Shown piece by piece: positions 11,001 to 24,934 of a stretch of DNA of 64,000 nt. Position 1 is the first letter of the stretch; every line of letters starts with the position of its first letter. Origin of the DNA: Lytechinus pictus (lineage: Eukaryota); NCBI RefSeq assembly GCF_037042905.1, contig NC_087245.1, forward strand, positions 19,036,001 through 19,100,000, given 5' to 3'. The position numbers and the translations under genes were made by a program. The notes beneath the pieces were generated by a model, which was not told the DNA's origin, did not search any database, and saw nothing but the letters and a program-made list of their open reading frames with translations.

Positions 11001-13200
11001 TTCCACTGGGCCATACATGTACAATGTACATACTTGTAGAAACCAACAGAGCCGCTTTCGACAACGAATTGGATACTAAAACTAAAATTAAGAAATGTCT
11101 TTCAGTGCCACAATTGAAGAAAAGTGAAGTGACATGCAAAGGCTTAGCTTTCTTTCATACATTCTTAAACATAATTAAATTGCTCCTTTATTCTTCCACC
11201 TTTTTTTCTGACGAACTGGGAAAAATTAAGAAGCCTTGCCTATACGTAAATAAACAACAAAGTCCAATTTACTTTCCTACTGATTAACAAACAGGAAATT
11301 GTGTCTAATCAGAACACTTTGTACAAGATGTAAGTGAGGGGAAATTAATTTTTAATACTGTCTATGCATGAAGTCACCATAAAGATCTTCCCAAAAAAAT
11401 TGTGATTCATTTTCCATACCAGGCCGTTGCTCTTGGGGTAATTTCCAGAGCTTTTAATGCAAGAACCAGAACAATGTTACCTTAAGAAGACAGAAATTAG
11501 GAAGGGGAATCTCCATACGGTATCATCTACTATCATCCGCCACCCACAAATGTAATGCTTCCGGTCCCCCTAACTAATTTGCAAGGAGACGAAAACATTA
11601 AATTAAGACAGCTCTCTCTCTCTCTCTAGCTTTATCTCTCACTCAGGATGCCATGCTTGGATGATCAAACAAGAAATCAATTTACCATGGAGGAATTGCC
11701 CACAACATCTTTAATTTCAAACATTATCTTTTCAAGATGAGCCATCTTCTGATGATCCAATTTCAGAAATTAGTTGAAGGATTACTAGAAAGAGAGGAAG
11801 GAGGGTGGGTAGTGAAGATGGATGCCGAGATGCAAGATGGGGAGAGAGGCAGAGAATGAATTCTCAGGGAACGGTTTTTCTGGCCAATGACTAAACCAGT
11901 TGCTGTGAATCGACACATTACGAGAAAGAGACGAAAAGCTCCTTGGACAGCTTGCCTGAGGGCGAGCAAGAGAGCGAGAGCAAAAGAGAGGGGGTGGAAA
12001 GGAGAAGAGTCGGGGCAAGAGGAGGAGAATGAGAGGAAGAAGGGGTGCACTTTCCATTGAACTTTGTCCTCTAGATGAACCCAACCATGGTGTGTGTATA
12101 TGCATGACAGAGCGTTGTGACTGTATCGCCGATTCTCACTGAAGACGTCATACGCTCGCTCATTTAGATCTCCTTTCCTCTTCTTCTTCCTCTCTCTTTC
12201 GTTAACCTGTACTAGAACGAAGTTTTGCACAGTATGTTCTCCCCATTTTCTTTAATTCTTTTGCATGGCCTCATCTATGGATACAACTACATCTTTATTC
12301 TCTCATTCATCCATCTATACGGCAAATCATTTTGTCTATGCCTCTAATTAAAATCACTGATTATATAGAAATGAGTCAAATCTGCCAAAGGTCTTCAGAA
12401 AACCATATGTAAAAAAAAAGAACATCCCCGGGAGAACATCAACTGAAACAAAACATAAACTTCAGTAACATCCGCTACTAGACTTGAATCGACGACCAAT
12501 CCATACATTTTCTGGAAAAGGACTAAAAGTTTCAATCATAACCTACAGTGTAATTCATACTTCAAACAACATGCCTGGGCTTTCGTTGCACCGAGATCCC
12601 ATACAATTCTACTAAAAATACACCGTTTCTTCATCAACCTCTAAATACGAATGTAGCAGAGCTACCTGGGTGGCCATTATAGAGAGGTGCTAGGCTCTTC
12701 CTTCCTAATTCATGTTCTAAATCTCGCAGGGCAAACACTCCCTGTTATCAGAAAATATAAAAGAAATTTGTGAAGTACCTAGAGTAGTGATCTTTAAATA
12801 GATCAATCTAATATATATCATTTCACGATTATCTGACTTTCTAGGCACTCAAGATAACATTTTAGGACATGAATTTCAGGGTGCCTGTCGCCTTGTGGTG
12901 AATCTACAATTGCAAATATATTAGAATTATGGCCTATAACGGTAATTAGAATATGGATCATTTTGTTCACACGTAATTTAGAGCTCTATATTTGTGCTAT
13001 GATAGTAAGAACCTTCTTGCAGGATACCAGATGGCCAGGGAGCCAACTCAACTATATCACTGTACACATGCATGACCACAGGTTTTTTACTATTCCACAA
13101 GTATATATATATTCTTCTGTTTGTCAAAAATAGTACCCCTCCATAATTTCCCCAAACCTTTCTAGGATATAATTTACTCCAAGCTATTTCACCCTGAAAC

Positions 13201-13400
13201 AGGGGGGAGGGGGGGGGGGCTTGGGGGACATGCTCCCAAAAGTATCATGACCATGAAAAATGGAATAAAGGAAGGGGGAAGAGTGAAATATATATATTTT
13301 TTGATTATTTTCTGAATGATACGTCAAAATATATTTTAAAATTCTATTTGTACTAAAATGTTTTTTGGCTCACTTGCTTTGCTCGCATTTTTAAATAGAA
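13201..13400 (+). repeat. Degenerate interspersed repeat beginning with poly-G + GCTTGGG
   Basis: Alignable by eye with the reverse complement of 56055-56210 (GGGCTTGGG...CCCAAAA...GACCA...AGGGGGA...GTCAAAAT.TAT...TATTTGTA). Confidence 0.55.
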
Positions 13401-16400
13401 ATTTTCATCCATCCAGCATATCTGGCCCATCAATTTTTGTTTTGCTCATTATGAAAAATGGTCCCCAGCTCACTATTTTCCAACAAACTCCAAACACCAG
13501 ATACATGTTAATGTTCTGAAATGCGAAAATTCTACAAGCGTGCACTAGTGTATCTATCAGTACGTATTGATTTATTCATTTTATTTGTGGCACACTTCAT
13601 CTATTCCACTGATCACTACAAAACCCAACTGATTTCATTTTAACGTGTTGTTGCCCCCTTCTTAAGGAAGATCGTCACAGGTTTGACCTTTGAAGAGCGT
13701 GGGGTTGACTTTGGAATTGGTCAGGTGTAATAGATGCTGCAATTATTACCTCATCTTGCACTGCCTACGTAAACATACAAACAAATCAATATGCCAATAG
13801 GGCCAGGGAGTATGTGGCCTCAGCATACGCCTTCCTTTGCATGATGATATGGTATCATGCAAAAGATGGGTCCGTCACCATCAGCCTTGTCGCTGTGATG
13901 TTCACTAGAGCACAGAATATGTATTAAACTGTATTATATTGGGCAATAGAGCATTTTGGGCTTCTCATTTTGCAAGCATGCTATTCTTCAAAGCTCAAAC
14001 TGTTTGCATCATGATCATCACCTGCAAATTAGTGAGATAATTCATAAAGTATGCTATTTTGCTATTTGGGGAAGAAGCCTAAATTGACTTGGGCTTGTGA
14101 TCTTGATACATGTATGTAATAAATAAAACCCATGAATTCAAGTGATTGCCTCTTCATTTAAAACTAGATAGGCCTATAGCTTGTATTGATTGGGTTTAGT
14201 TACAAAGATCAAAATTATAAGACCTCAGGCTGGTGAAAACAGGTCATGATACAGAAGTTTAAGTCTTTCTTCATCAACCAGGCCGACCGTGGATTGATCC
14301 TTGTTTCCATGAAGGTGAGACAAAGATTGTTTAATATTCCATCAGAAATATGATTCAATCTTAAGAATAAGTACTTGAAAATTTAAGCAGTCAGACTGAA
14401 GAATTCTGTGAGGCAATTTTTTTTCGCTTATAGTTTTGTACAATCATAACGTTTCTACGAATATATTCAGTAAAATGTAATAATGATATCACCAGAACTT
14501 ATTACGCGTAGTTTCATGCACATCAAAGTTCCTGGCTAATTGATCTCAACTTTGATGTCATCAATTAAAATTAATTTCAACTCGCATCACAAAGGATAGA
14601 AGGGGGAAAAAAGCATTCCAAAAAGTCTGGGATTTGCTGGCAGTTTTGTTCCTCTCTATTCATCCGTTGGGTATTTAGGATACTAATTGATCCATCCCCG
14701 TGGCTCTTGACCATTTCATAAATCTAGCTGATTAAAATTCCATCCAACCCAATCAGCGGAGGCTGTAGCTATAACTGCCCTCCACGATACTGACCTTGGT
14801 GAGGTCACGTTCCACCAAGGATGACAACAACAAAAAAACCCAGTTGCATTTTCGTAACAAAATCAGGCTGCATTCAATCAACACTTATTTATGATAGGAG
14901 AGCACGGTTTTCAAATATATTTTGTTTGAGGTTGTTTTCAAACAATTTTTGTTGGTCTTAAAATAAACGGCTTCGTAACACAAACTTGAAGCACTGATTT
15001 CGAAGACAACCATAGTTACATTAAGTCACTTGAACATAATAGAGAGCTCAGTCACAATTCTATGATGTCACTGTAGTCAGCCCTACAAGCTTGCATCTGG
15101 TTCAGAGATTTAACTGCTACTCTTCAAGATGACCTAACTTGTATAATTTATGATATTTCCTAGGTCAATCTGTATATTTCAACAACAAAAATCAAAATGC
15201 TTTTAACGAATGCAACCTTACTTCATCGAATGCACGCTTCCAAACTCTGATACATTAAATACAGTCAAGATAGGTCCATTAAAGGCAACATACCACAGCC
15301 AATAGAATAGCATCCATTCTAGTCAAGAACTACATGTACTCAACCAGTTCCTGATTTTTTTTACCCAGAATACATATAAACCCATAGAATGATAACATTC
15401 TTACCATAAATATGTATCTAAGCATCAAAAGGTTGCCTCCGTTACATAGTATCATTATACTGAGTGCACCTTTAATTCAAAGACATCAAAGCAGAAATAT
15501 AGTAGACATTTCACTTTATCTTTGCATTCACTCCACTATCTAGAAATACACTGAAGAGCAGAATGTTTCAATTGCAAGGAAATCTGATGTTTCCTTATGT
15601 TTCCTATTCACATCGCAAAGTAGAAATGTCAGAGACCAGAATACCCATGGAAAGATCAAATTTAATTACATTGGCATCATTTCAAATTCAGGGACAATGA
15701 TGATGAACTAGGTGTTACACCTCAAAATCATCCTCGTCAGATCAGAAGGCAAAAGGACATTATTCACTTTATATAATAAGTGCCCATTTTGCTATAATCT
15801 GACAAAAACGGTTTTATTCCTCTAAGTTGAGATAGAAGTCAGCCCATTTTGCAAGCATGTACCATTCATTGCCATTGTTGATTTGATAATCTAGCTGTAC
15901 AACTTTTATCTTCACTCTTTTCTTATGAAGGAAAATGAAATTGTGTCCAATAAAACAGAATAAAATGTAGTCAAATAGTTAAGTACTGTGACCCAGTTTA
16001 AGAATAGATGTGTAGTTTTTGCGTAAGAGATTTGAAGCCCGGGGTAAGATCAGGTCTGTGTGGGAGTCAAGAAGAAAGAAGTGTTACTTTTAAAACTTGG
16101 TCATGCACTCTAGATTTCAATTCAACCTCAATAAAGTTCAAAACAATGTAGGTCATGTTTTAGGCATCTCTGATATCTTTTTTAGCATTCCGTATTCCTT
16201 TCTTAAAGCCCAGGAGAGATCTTTAATGGATCCAATGAAAGTCCTATTTTTGAAAAAATTATTATCCGGATTTATTCTGGATTGAGTTCAAGTTTGGCTG
16301 AATATAACTATGATTTATTGATTCAACCTCTAGGCTTAATACTGGTCAGTTACTCCTTTATGATGGTAGAAGAAATTCCAATAAATGACCCACCTTTCAC

Positions 16401-16494
16401 AATTGTTTTATTACATAGATTTTATATAAATGGGTTCGTATAAAATCATGGCTGAAATAAAAACCAATAAAGTAAACACCCCTCTGGTTTATTA

Positions 16495-18355
16495 GGCCAA
16501 GTAAAAAAAGATAGTAGTTGATCGTCCGGGTTTTCTGAGAGCAGTGATGAGGGAGGTCCTTACTATTTGCTATCTTGCTATTTTTTTTAAAAACAAGGAG
16601 GCATTTTCTCGGCCCGTTTTTTGACATCAGTGATGAGGGAGGTCCTTACTATTTACTATTTTTTTTGCTATTTTTTATTCAAATGATTGTCAGGCCATGT
16701 CAAGCTCGAATTATGTGATCGATGCATGCTCAATATTAATAATAAATGAGTAGAAATATATGTATATATATATATGCGTAATATATATAGGATGGGGGGT
16801 CGGGTGTCCGGACACTTTATATTTTTGAAGCCTTCTTTTTTGTCTTTGGATTACACTAAAAATATGAATTCAATAGTTGTAATCATCTTCCATTTTGTTC
16901 TCTATAATATTTCCTTACATTTTGCACTAAAAATTGATGAAACTTCGCTTGTAAATTTTTCCAAATGACTTTCTAAAATTGATCGTCCGGACACACAACC
17001 TGTCCGGACACACAACCTGTCCGGACACACAACAACTGGGTATACATGTATACAATTGATTGGAAATATATATGGAAAATGTATTATGCGATAAAAATCT
17101 ATTGAAGTATTACTGATGTATACCGGTACTTGTTGTAAAACAAAATGTTCATGTCAAGTGAATGATTTAAACATTATTCTATATTAATATATTCATGTAT
17201 GTAAGGGTAAAACATGCATTGGGGGGGGGGGTCATTTTTATTACCATATGGAGCCATGTTCAGTTTTCCAGAGCCAATCTCTTTTTTAGCTCTGGGCATG
17301 GTTTCGCATCGCAGTTTCCAGCTGCTTGTATATTCGTTTACATAATGTTTAATACTGTTCAATTTTTATTCATTTTTTTAATTGATATCAAATGTTAAAT
17401 GATTATTGAATTAATTGTTAACATAATGTTTATTATTTCAATATTTGTAACTGTTAGTGTTAGATCTATTTACCGTACTAATGTTTACAATTGTCCATCA
17501 AATTGAATAGCTCGAGGAAGAATGAAGTTTATCAAATTTGAACAGAATTGGCACTTACTGGAATCCCATTAATGATTTTCAATATTGATAATGAATAACC
17601 CACTTGAAATTATTTTTTGAATATTCAATGCATTGCCTGCTGACGTTTACAAGAAAACTTGCCAGAAAATTCAATTCATTTCACAAATTGACATGTCGCG
17701 CCAGCACAGTCAATCACATCATCCCAGCACACATGCATTCACCCAACAGAGTCACAAGCACAGCTCATTCACCGGTCCGTAACACACATCGAAGTACTGG
17801 CGCTATCACTCACCAAAATACCCCGCTAAAATACAAATTACATCATTAAAATTGATTTATCTGCGCCATATTTCCAAAGCACGCGACGGATTAGTTCAGA
17901 TTCAGGAAGCGGGGTCCCCGAAAATGCACTAAAAATGAAGAAATCCGTGATCTTTTCCGAGTTTGCAAACTTTATTTTCTCGCTAATTTATGATGGTATC
18001 TTCAAAATTCCAATAAAAAACCAAATCAGAATTTTTTTCCTTCTTGCAGTTACGGCGATATCGGACTTACCAATTGTTTTTGAAGTTGCGAGAGAGATCC
18101 CAGAGCACATGAGAGCAAATCACTAGCCAATCTTGTGAAATTTTTTCGCTATTCAGCAGCCATAAAAATAGTAAATATCAAGAAAATTGATGCTGCAGTC
18201 AAAAAGGAAAGCAGGCACGGAGGAGAAACATCACTATTTTTTTTTTTTTTTTTTTTAAGCCAATTTTTGAAAATAGTAAATAGTAAAATTTTTCATGCGG
18301 CGGCCAAAATAGATGCGCGCGAGGACGATCAACTACTTTCTTTTTTTACTTGGCC
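16495..18355. mobile_element. 1.86-kb non-autonomous DNA transposon, Zator- or PIF/Harbinger-like
   Basis: 33-bp TIR GGCCAAGTAAAAAAAGA(T/A)AGTAGTTGATCGTCC with one mismatch; direct TTA flanks at 16492-16494 and 18356-18358; no transposase ORF inside. Confidence 0.88.
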
Positions 18356-18379
18356 TTACAAATTACTAATTTACAATTT

Positions 18380-18579
18380 GGGCAATTCCGTAAAATAATC
18401 AACCATTTAGTACATCCGACCCCCATTTTTCTCAAGTTTTACTTCACTTCATAAACTGACCAAGTCATGATCCTTTGAGAATATTATAGACTGTCATGAG
18501 AACCAGAAGTCAGAGACAGAAAATTTCAAGAAGGCCTCGCATACATGGGGTTGGACGTACACATTTAATGGAATTGCCC
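18380..18579. mobile_element. 200-bp MITE with 4-bp ATTT TSD (Sola1-like)
   Basis: GGGCAATTCC...GGAATTGCCC ends, inner inverted block GTACATCCGACCCC / GGGGTTGGACGTAC, direct ATTT at 18376-18379 and 18580-18583. Superfamily is inferred from the AWWT 4-bp TSD only. Confidence 0.75.
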
Positions 18580-20491
18580 ATTTGCATTTTCATGTTTCAA
18601 CAGAACTCCCAAACAAAAATCAAAGCTTCACGTTTAAACTGAAAAGGGAATCCAACTTAAATTTAAAAAAAAATTTTTTTTAAAGAAAATGAAAATCCAG
18701 AGAAGCAGGTTAACATCTGAATAAATCAACAGTATCGAGTTTTGGAAAGTTATATCAATCTACCTACAGCAATGAAATTTCAAATTGGCAGAAATGGTAG
18801 TCATTTAGAAAAAGGAAAAAGGGAAATCAAATTGAAGGCAGTCATACTCCCTCAGACTTTGCAATAACTAGCACTAGCATGTTTTATCCCAGTGTATATC
18901 CACACTCTTGATACTCAGGTATTTTTTTTACTTCAAGAGTGAAGGGTGAATAGAATGAGGAAAGAAACGGTAATGAAGCCAGGTTTCACAAAATTCATTG
19001 CATCATAACAGAGTCACAAATTTTCAGTCTTTAATTTTGTGATGTGCGGGCAGCTCACCGACAAATATCATGGAAAATAAATCCCATAAAAAACCTTTTT
19101 CCTATAAAAAAAGATAATTTTGTATGTGTGCATTCATCATATCATACAGACTTCTATGAAAATTAAATCATCATGGACAATTAATAAATTGGTGATTTGT
19201 GGAAATGTCATTAAAATTTATGCTGGAGGATGCTGGCACATGACGAAAAGGCTTCTACTGCATCTTTCAGTATGTCCTGTTCTTATTAGGCCTCTGAGGT
19301 ATAAGATGGTTGTGAAATGGCTTGGCTTAGAGCACACCACATTAGCCTTGCTATGTAAATCAACGAAAACATGATCTATCAAGCAACACCTTCACAATCA
19401 AGTTTATATAAGGTGTGATCCACTGGCAATTTAACGATTAACTCACATCCATACATTTCAACACGCCAAGAAACTTGTGTCAACCACGAAAGGCCATCTA
19501 GAGATGTCTTCAACAGCAGCAACATCATTCCCATCATGTGCCCCTACCCTACATGGCCGATCTGGTTATGGCTAGCTGATTAATTTTTTCCTTGTCACCA
19601 TCAAAGGGCAAGACGCAAGCAACAAAACAACAACAAAAAACAAGCCGACATGTCATAGAGTCACCATACATCACATGAAATACGGTACTGGCGAAAACAG
19701 ACTCAATTTTAAAGGCAGTTTGTAACTTTGTCTATTTAATCAAAATCAAAATCACCTTTCCTGTTCCAATCAGGATTGTAAATTTTTAAATGGATCAGAC
19801 AGGAACTGCCTGAGCGTAACATACTAAGCAGTCGTTCTTATATATTTATGATAGAAAGTACATGTCTCAATAGCTCTAATTATCTGCCAGAAGCAAATTT
19901 TTATTCGTTTTGACAATGTTAATAAATCCCTTTAATCCTTCAGCGGGACAAACTGTATTTTACAAAATACATGTACAACCTCCAAGGTGGGACAGAACAA
20001 AAATCCAGGAGGTCAGATTCTTTTCTATACGGCTTGTATCAATACACAATCTGGATGGACATTGATTAATTAGAAATATATTCCCTTTCATTTTCTTTCA
20101 AACTATTTGGTCTTCAGCTGAACAGAAGAGAAAGAGGGTCGGTTCATTATCTCCACTATCCCCTCAAAACAGACAGAACTAGATCAAGACTCAAACATAG
20201 AATCACGATCATCTATAGAAATGCAAACCCATGCAGTCTCTGTCTCCAAAGGATTTCTCTCCTACTATCTTTGGAGCCTTTTGACTGGCCAGAACATTTC
20301 GATAGATTGGCAGAAAGTTTTTGGCCAGCCAAAATCTCGATGAAAATGAGACTTGCATCAGTAGATTTTGGTCTACTAAATGATCTTTTGACCTACCAAA
20401 ATCCTGAGCTGGAAGGGAAAGGTTAGTATAGTAAAGTTTGGGTAAACAATATTTTTTTCTCAAAATATTAGGCCTATATTGTGCCTAAATA

Positions 20492-20784
20492 TAGTGGCCC
20501 AGTGGATTAGTCTTCTGACTTTGAAACAGAGGGTCGTACGTGGGTTCGAATCCCAGTCATGGCGTTATTTCCTTCAGCAAGAAATTTATCCACATTGTGC
20601 TGCACTCAACCCAGGTGAGGTGAATGGGTACCCGGTAGGAAGAAATTTCTTGAATGCTTGCGCGCCTAGGCAGCCCAGCTTAAGCCGAGGTGATAATAAT
20701 AGCAGGGCCTGCTGAGAGAACAGTTTCCAGAACTGAAGTGGCTTCCCTGGGTAAATATACCTATATTATTATTATCATTATTAT
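20492..20784 (+). mobile_element. tRNA-derived SINE
   Basis: Pol III A box TGGCCCAGTGG, B box GGTTCGAATCC, tRNA-unrelated body (CAACCCAGGTGAGGTGAATGGGTACC) and (ATT)n tail; no complete tRNA acceptor stem. Confidence 0.88.
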
Positions 20785-23700
20785 ATCATAAAACAATATC
20801 TTTCACATGAAAAGGAAAGAAGAGAAGGGTATGGAAGAAGGTGGGTATTGGGTTTATTGATAGGGTTTATCATATCTAATAACCATCATAGTTAATATTT
20901 CTCTCTGGCAAGGTCTGGCAAGATGACCATATCCAATTCTGAGTAGTGATATACAGCTGGTGAGAGGGCGGTTATATCATATCAAATTTGTTCCTCTCTC
21001 CATCTTTCAGCCTCGACAAACTTCCACCTGGGTTTCTCGTTAATCAAGATTTTGGAGGTCAGATCCTGTTATGCTTTTGCAGCCTTGTGCTGGTCACTGC
21101 CATATTCAAATTAACGAATATAATGTGAAGAGTGTTACACAGGGGTGTACATGTAGAAAATGATACAATACTGACGTAATATACAATGCATTAATGTTTG
21201 TGTTCCAATATTTTAAATTCAATTTAATTTTGTTTTGGTTATTTTTATGTGTTGGACTACTAGTGGTGATTTTATTTTGAAGAATGAGGGAAGCTTTGTC
21301 AAAAAGGTTTGTAAACTTTCTTCAGGGGAATCATTTTTCTTTTTTGGTGAAAATAAACTGGGAATTAAAATGAAGCTGCAGGGAAAATCAGTGTGTTCTT
21401 TAAAATTAAAGAAAAGTTAATTGATACTTTTTTTTCTCCTTCCAATGCTCAAACTTTTTGAATGCAATCAGTCTCAATGCAAATTGTGCTCCAGACATTT
21501 TTCCTTGAAACTTAAAAAAAAATCTTTCAAACACAAACTTAAAATACCAGCCAGATTTCCTATATTTCTCTTTTGTACAAAAATATGAAATACAAAATGA
21601 TGATACTGTGTACATTTATCAACAAAAACGGATACAAATGAATGACCACAGCCGATTAAAGCCTTTCATGTAGGACAAGAGTTGTAAAATTTATATTCAT
21701 TTTGCTTCGGCGGAAGAAATTCATGAATGGGCCTCTTACGCTGGATGGCCATGCCCCATTTCAAATCGCCACGCTCTAGATTGTTTGATCTGTCTTTAAT
21801 TTTAGGTACTTTCAGATAGAAAACCTGGTTTTCTCTGATTGGATAATCTACCAAGATCTACATGTACCCCAATTGAAGACTACCAGGTATGTTTTCCACT
21901 GAAAGCAAAGTACTTGAAATACCTCTGAACTGGCTGCTATTAATAGCTGTTTTAACATTATAATTTTTTTTCCACCAAAGTTGGCGGTATTCTTTTGGTG
22001 TGGAAGAAAATGATATCTTTCCCATTCCAGCAAGTACACTGGACACAGGCACCAAAAAGCGTTTGGTTCTAACTTGCTAAGCTAGCGATAAAGAATCATG
22101 CACCTCATCTGCTTCTTAGACTATAAATGCGCATGCTTATAATTTCAAGTAATAATCATTATCAAAGGAATCGGTTCATTCAGGCATGAATGCGTAAAAT
22201 AATTCTCATTGTTTATTTTGAGAGCTGATCAAATTCTCATATATTTATGGGCATTCAACTGCCTATTTACGAAAAGCAACAATTTTCAAAATAAATGTCA
22301 TGTCTCTGGCCTTTCAAAGGGTGGGAATTAGCCTGGGTAGTTTCTGACAGTGTATACTCCCCATTACAATGATAACAGCTTTAACCATAGATAGTAAAAC
22401 AACCCATATCTTTAATTGTCAACAAACACAATTAAGAGGCTTCCAACAGTCAAGACTTATGCAAGGGTCTCCTGTGAATCATTACATCACACACAATGTA
22501 AAAATACATCAAGGCACTCCACAACACGTGTACAAACCCAGGAATTCAAACCAATCTGCTATTTCTAAATGACAACTTCTCCCAATAACAACATTCACTA
22601 TTGATTGTAATGGACTAATGGCGACACAAATCATGCATTTCATGGTACTTTCTTACCACCTTTTTCCTCAGACATACAAGATACATGTAGCATTGGCCAA
22701 GAATTGAAAAATTGAAGAGCTATTTAAGTGAACAATGAATCTTACAGCAGGGAAAATAAGTAATTAGTAGAGCTTTGAGATCCCAGGAAAGCTGGACTTT
22801 TTATGTGGTTTGTAATTTCTTTGAAAGAGAAACGCTGCAATCAATGAAGTGTGTTTAGCACACTATCGTCAAACATTCTGCATGCATAATGAAATGCACC
22901 AATAAGCAGGCTGTTTCATGGGATTCAAGTCAACTGGAGATAACTATCCTGAATCAATTTCAGATTTTTGTGAGATGGCCCACAAAGTTATGGGTATTTT
23001 CCTTAAGAGATATTTCAGTACTTTTTCTTTCACCCTGAAAAAAAATATCTGACATTTTCTGATCTATATTTTTCTTAATTTCCAAAAGGTGTGAATGAAT
23101 TCAGAGTTGCCAATTTAATGGTCTATGAATATCACCTACAAACTGGTGATTTTTTCTAATTTCTCTGGCACGCTGATCTTACCAGTTCCATTAAAACCAA
23201 TTCAATTTTCAAAGGCACATCATTTTCAAAATATAATTTTTCTATTCACTAATCTCAAGAAAACCCCCCTCTTTAAGACAAGCATGAGCCTCTATCATTC
23301 CTTTGCTTGGTAAACACACATTGATACGGTGGGTTCAAACTTGGGGCAAGTTTACTCACACATAGACCAGGTAGAACTTCCCATTTACAATTAAAACCAG
23401 GTATGAATTATGCCTCAATAAATGACTGCCTCACTAACAATATCATAACAGAATTATTGTGTCACATATTAAAGGCAAATGCAATACAAATAAGGTATTG
23501 ATGCTCGCACTTGAATAATTATTTTTGCGATACCAATGTCTACAACCTCCTATTCCCATTCTCAATTTAATGTATTCGCTTTGTATCCAAGGCAACTAAA
23601 GAAAGCACATGGAGCTCTTGTAGAGTAGAGGTAGTGATGTTGGTTTAGGAAGTGCACGTCTGCCGGTGTGAGAAGGCAGGGCAGGCAGGCAGTCCGTTGG

Positions 23701-24806
23701 AGGATATTTTTTTCTCGATACTTTCTATAAAGTGTGATTGGAGCCAATTGGTAGATCAGTGTTCTTGCATTAAAACATTCAAAGACAAAAATATCAATAT
23801 GTATTACTGATGCAACTCCTGAATAAGCACAGGAAAAACAATAATTGGGAGAAGTACATGTATATCCATAGAATATGTACAAGGCTAACTGTCAATTAAC
23901 CACATTAAACTTTATCACAAGTAGTATTATAAAATCTAAAGACCATTAATTTTCCATTTAATTTGTTGTCTGAAAATCATATGTTTGTGTGAAAGAGGAA
24001 AAATTGATAAAAATAGGTCAAATTTACTATTAAAAAGATGGGTTCCCAATGACTACTTTTTAAATATTAATTTAAAACTGATTTAAAAGAATGGAATGGA
24101 AAAAAAATTCAGGATACAATCTCCATGTATGTATTTAGCTTTGTGAAATACAAAGTAATTCTACTTTTGCTCAAAGGGACATTACTAAGTAATGACCTTA
24201 AAAAAGGAAGCTATAATATGTCCATGGTCAACTTCATACTTCCAAAAAGATTCACTTTAAAAGAACGGATAACAGTCACTAACTTACTTCACTTATACTC
24301 TTAAATAATCCACATAATTGATTCTTTACCACATTCTTTAAAAAAAAAGTTTTTAATGTTAAGGCAGGACCCTTCCTCTTAAATACTTACTTGAATACTG
24401 GCTATATTTATCAAATATTGTCAAAATACGTTTACATGTATTGGGGAAACACTCCATACTGCATGCTTAACTGTCCTACTTATTCTCTTCTTTCTTAAAA
24501 AAAACATTTTTTTTATTCAGGACCACCTCCAGAATAAATTGGATCACTGCACAGCTACACAAACTTCAAAAATATTTGGCAAATAAATCACTTGTACCTA
24601 TTCTGAAATAGTATAAAAGAAAAAGGAATGATATATTATCAAGAAATTATAATTGTTTTTTCTGTAAGCCATATTAAGAACTCTTCAAAAGTGTGAAGTA
24701 GCGCTTCTTTATCTTTAATATCTCTCCCTTCCCCCTAATTCCACTATACAAAGATGTTATATAAAATGAACTAATTAATTGTCTGAACATGCTGTAGGCC
24801 ACTTAC

Positions 24807-24934
24807 CTTGTTCGTTTTCAATAAGGCATCAATCTAAAACACTTTCAAAACCAAAACAGTTTCGCTTTCCGGTTTCCTTAGAATTCACAATAATCTAGTC
24901 TAATCCTTCAATGATAAACTCCAATTCAGAAGGT
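24807..24934 (-). ncRNA. Non-coding internal exon (128 nt) of the - strand unit
   Basis: Strong acceptor tttttgtttttccatgcAG| and consensus donor AAG|GTAAGT; stops in all three frames. Confidence 0.65.

Noticed and set aside
11051..11068. Minus-strand TTCGTTGTCGA resembling the miR-76/981 5' end
   Set aside because: Only 11 nt match, the rest diverges and the local hairpin has a 3-nt loop; expected by chance.
11420..11480. Possible 61-nt minus-strand exon
   Set aside because: AAG acceptor and ambiguous overlapping splice signals; too weak to list as a feature.
11763..12230. 155-aa and 106-aa minus-strand ORFs
   Set aside because: Produced by stop-poor GA/CT low-complexity tracts.
13720..14820. 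Short hairpins and partial miR-34, miR-2008 and miR-2011 resemblances
   Set aside because: Stems of about 10 bp or fewer uninterrupted pairs and seed-only matches to sequences recalled from memory.
20492..20570. tRNA gene
   Set aside because: A and B boxes are present, but it runs into a SINE body and tail and lacks a proper cloverleaf.
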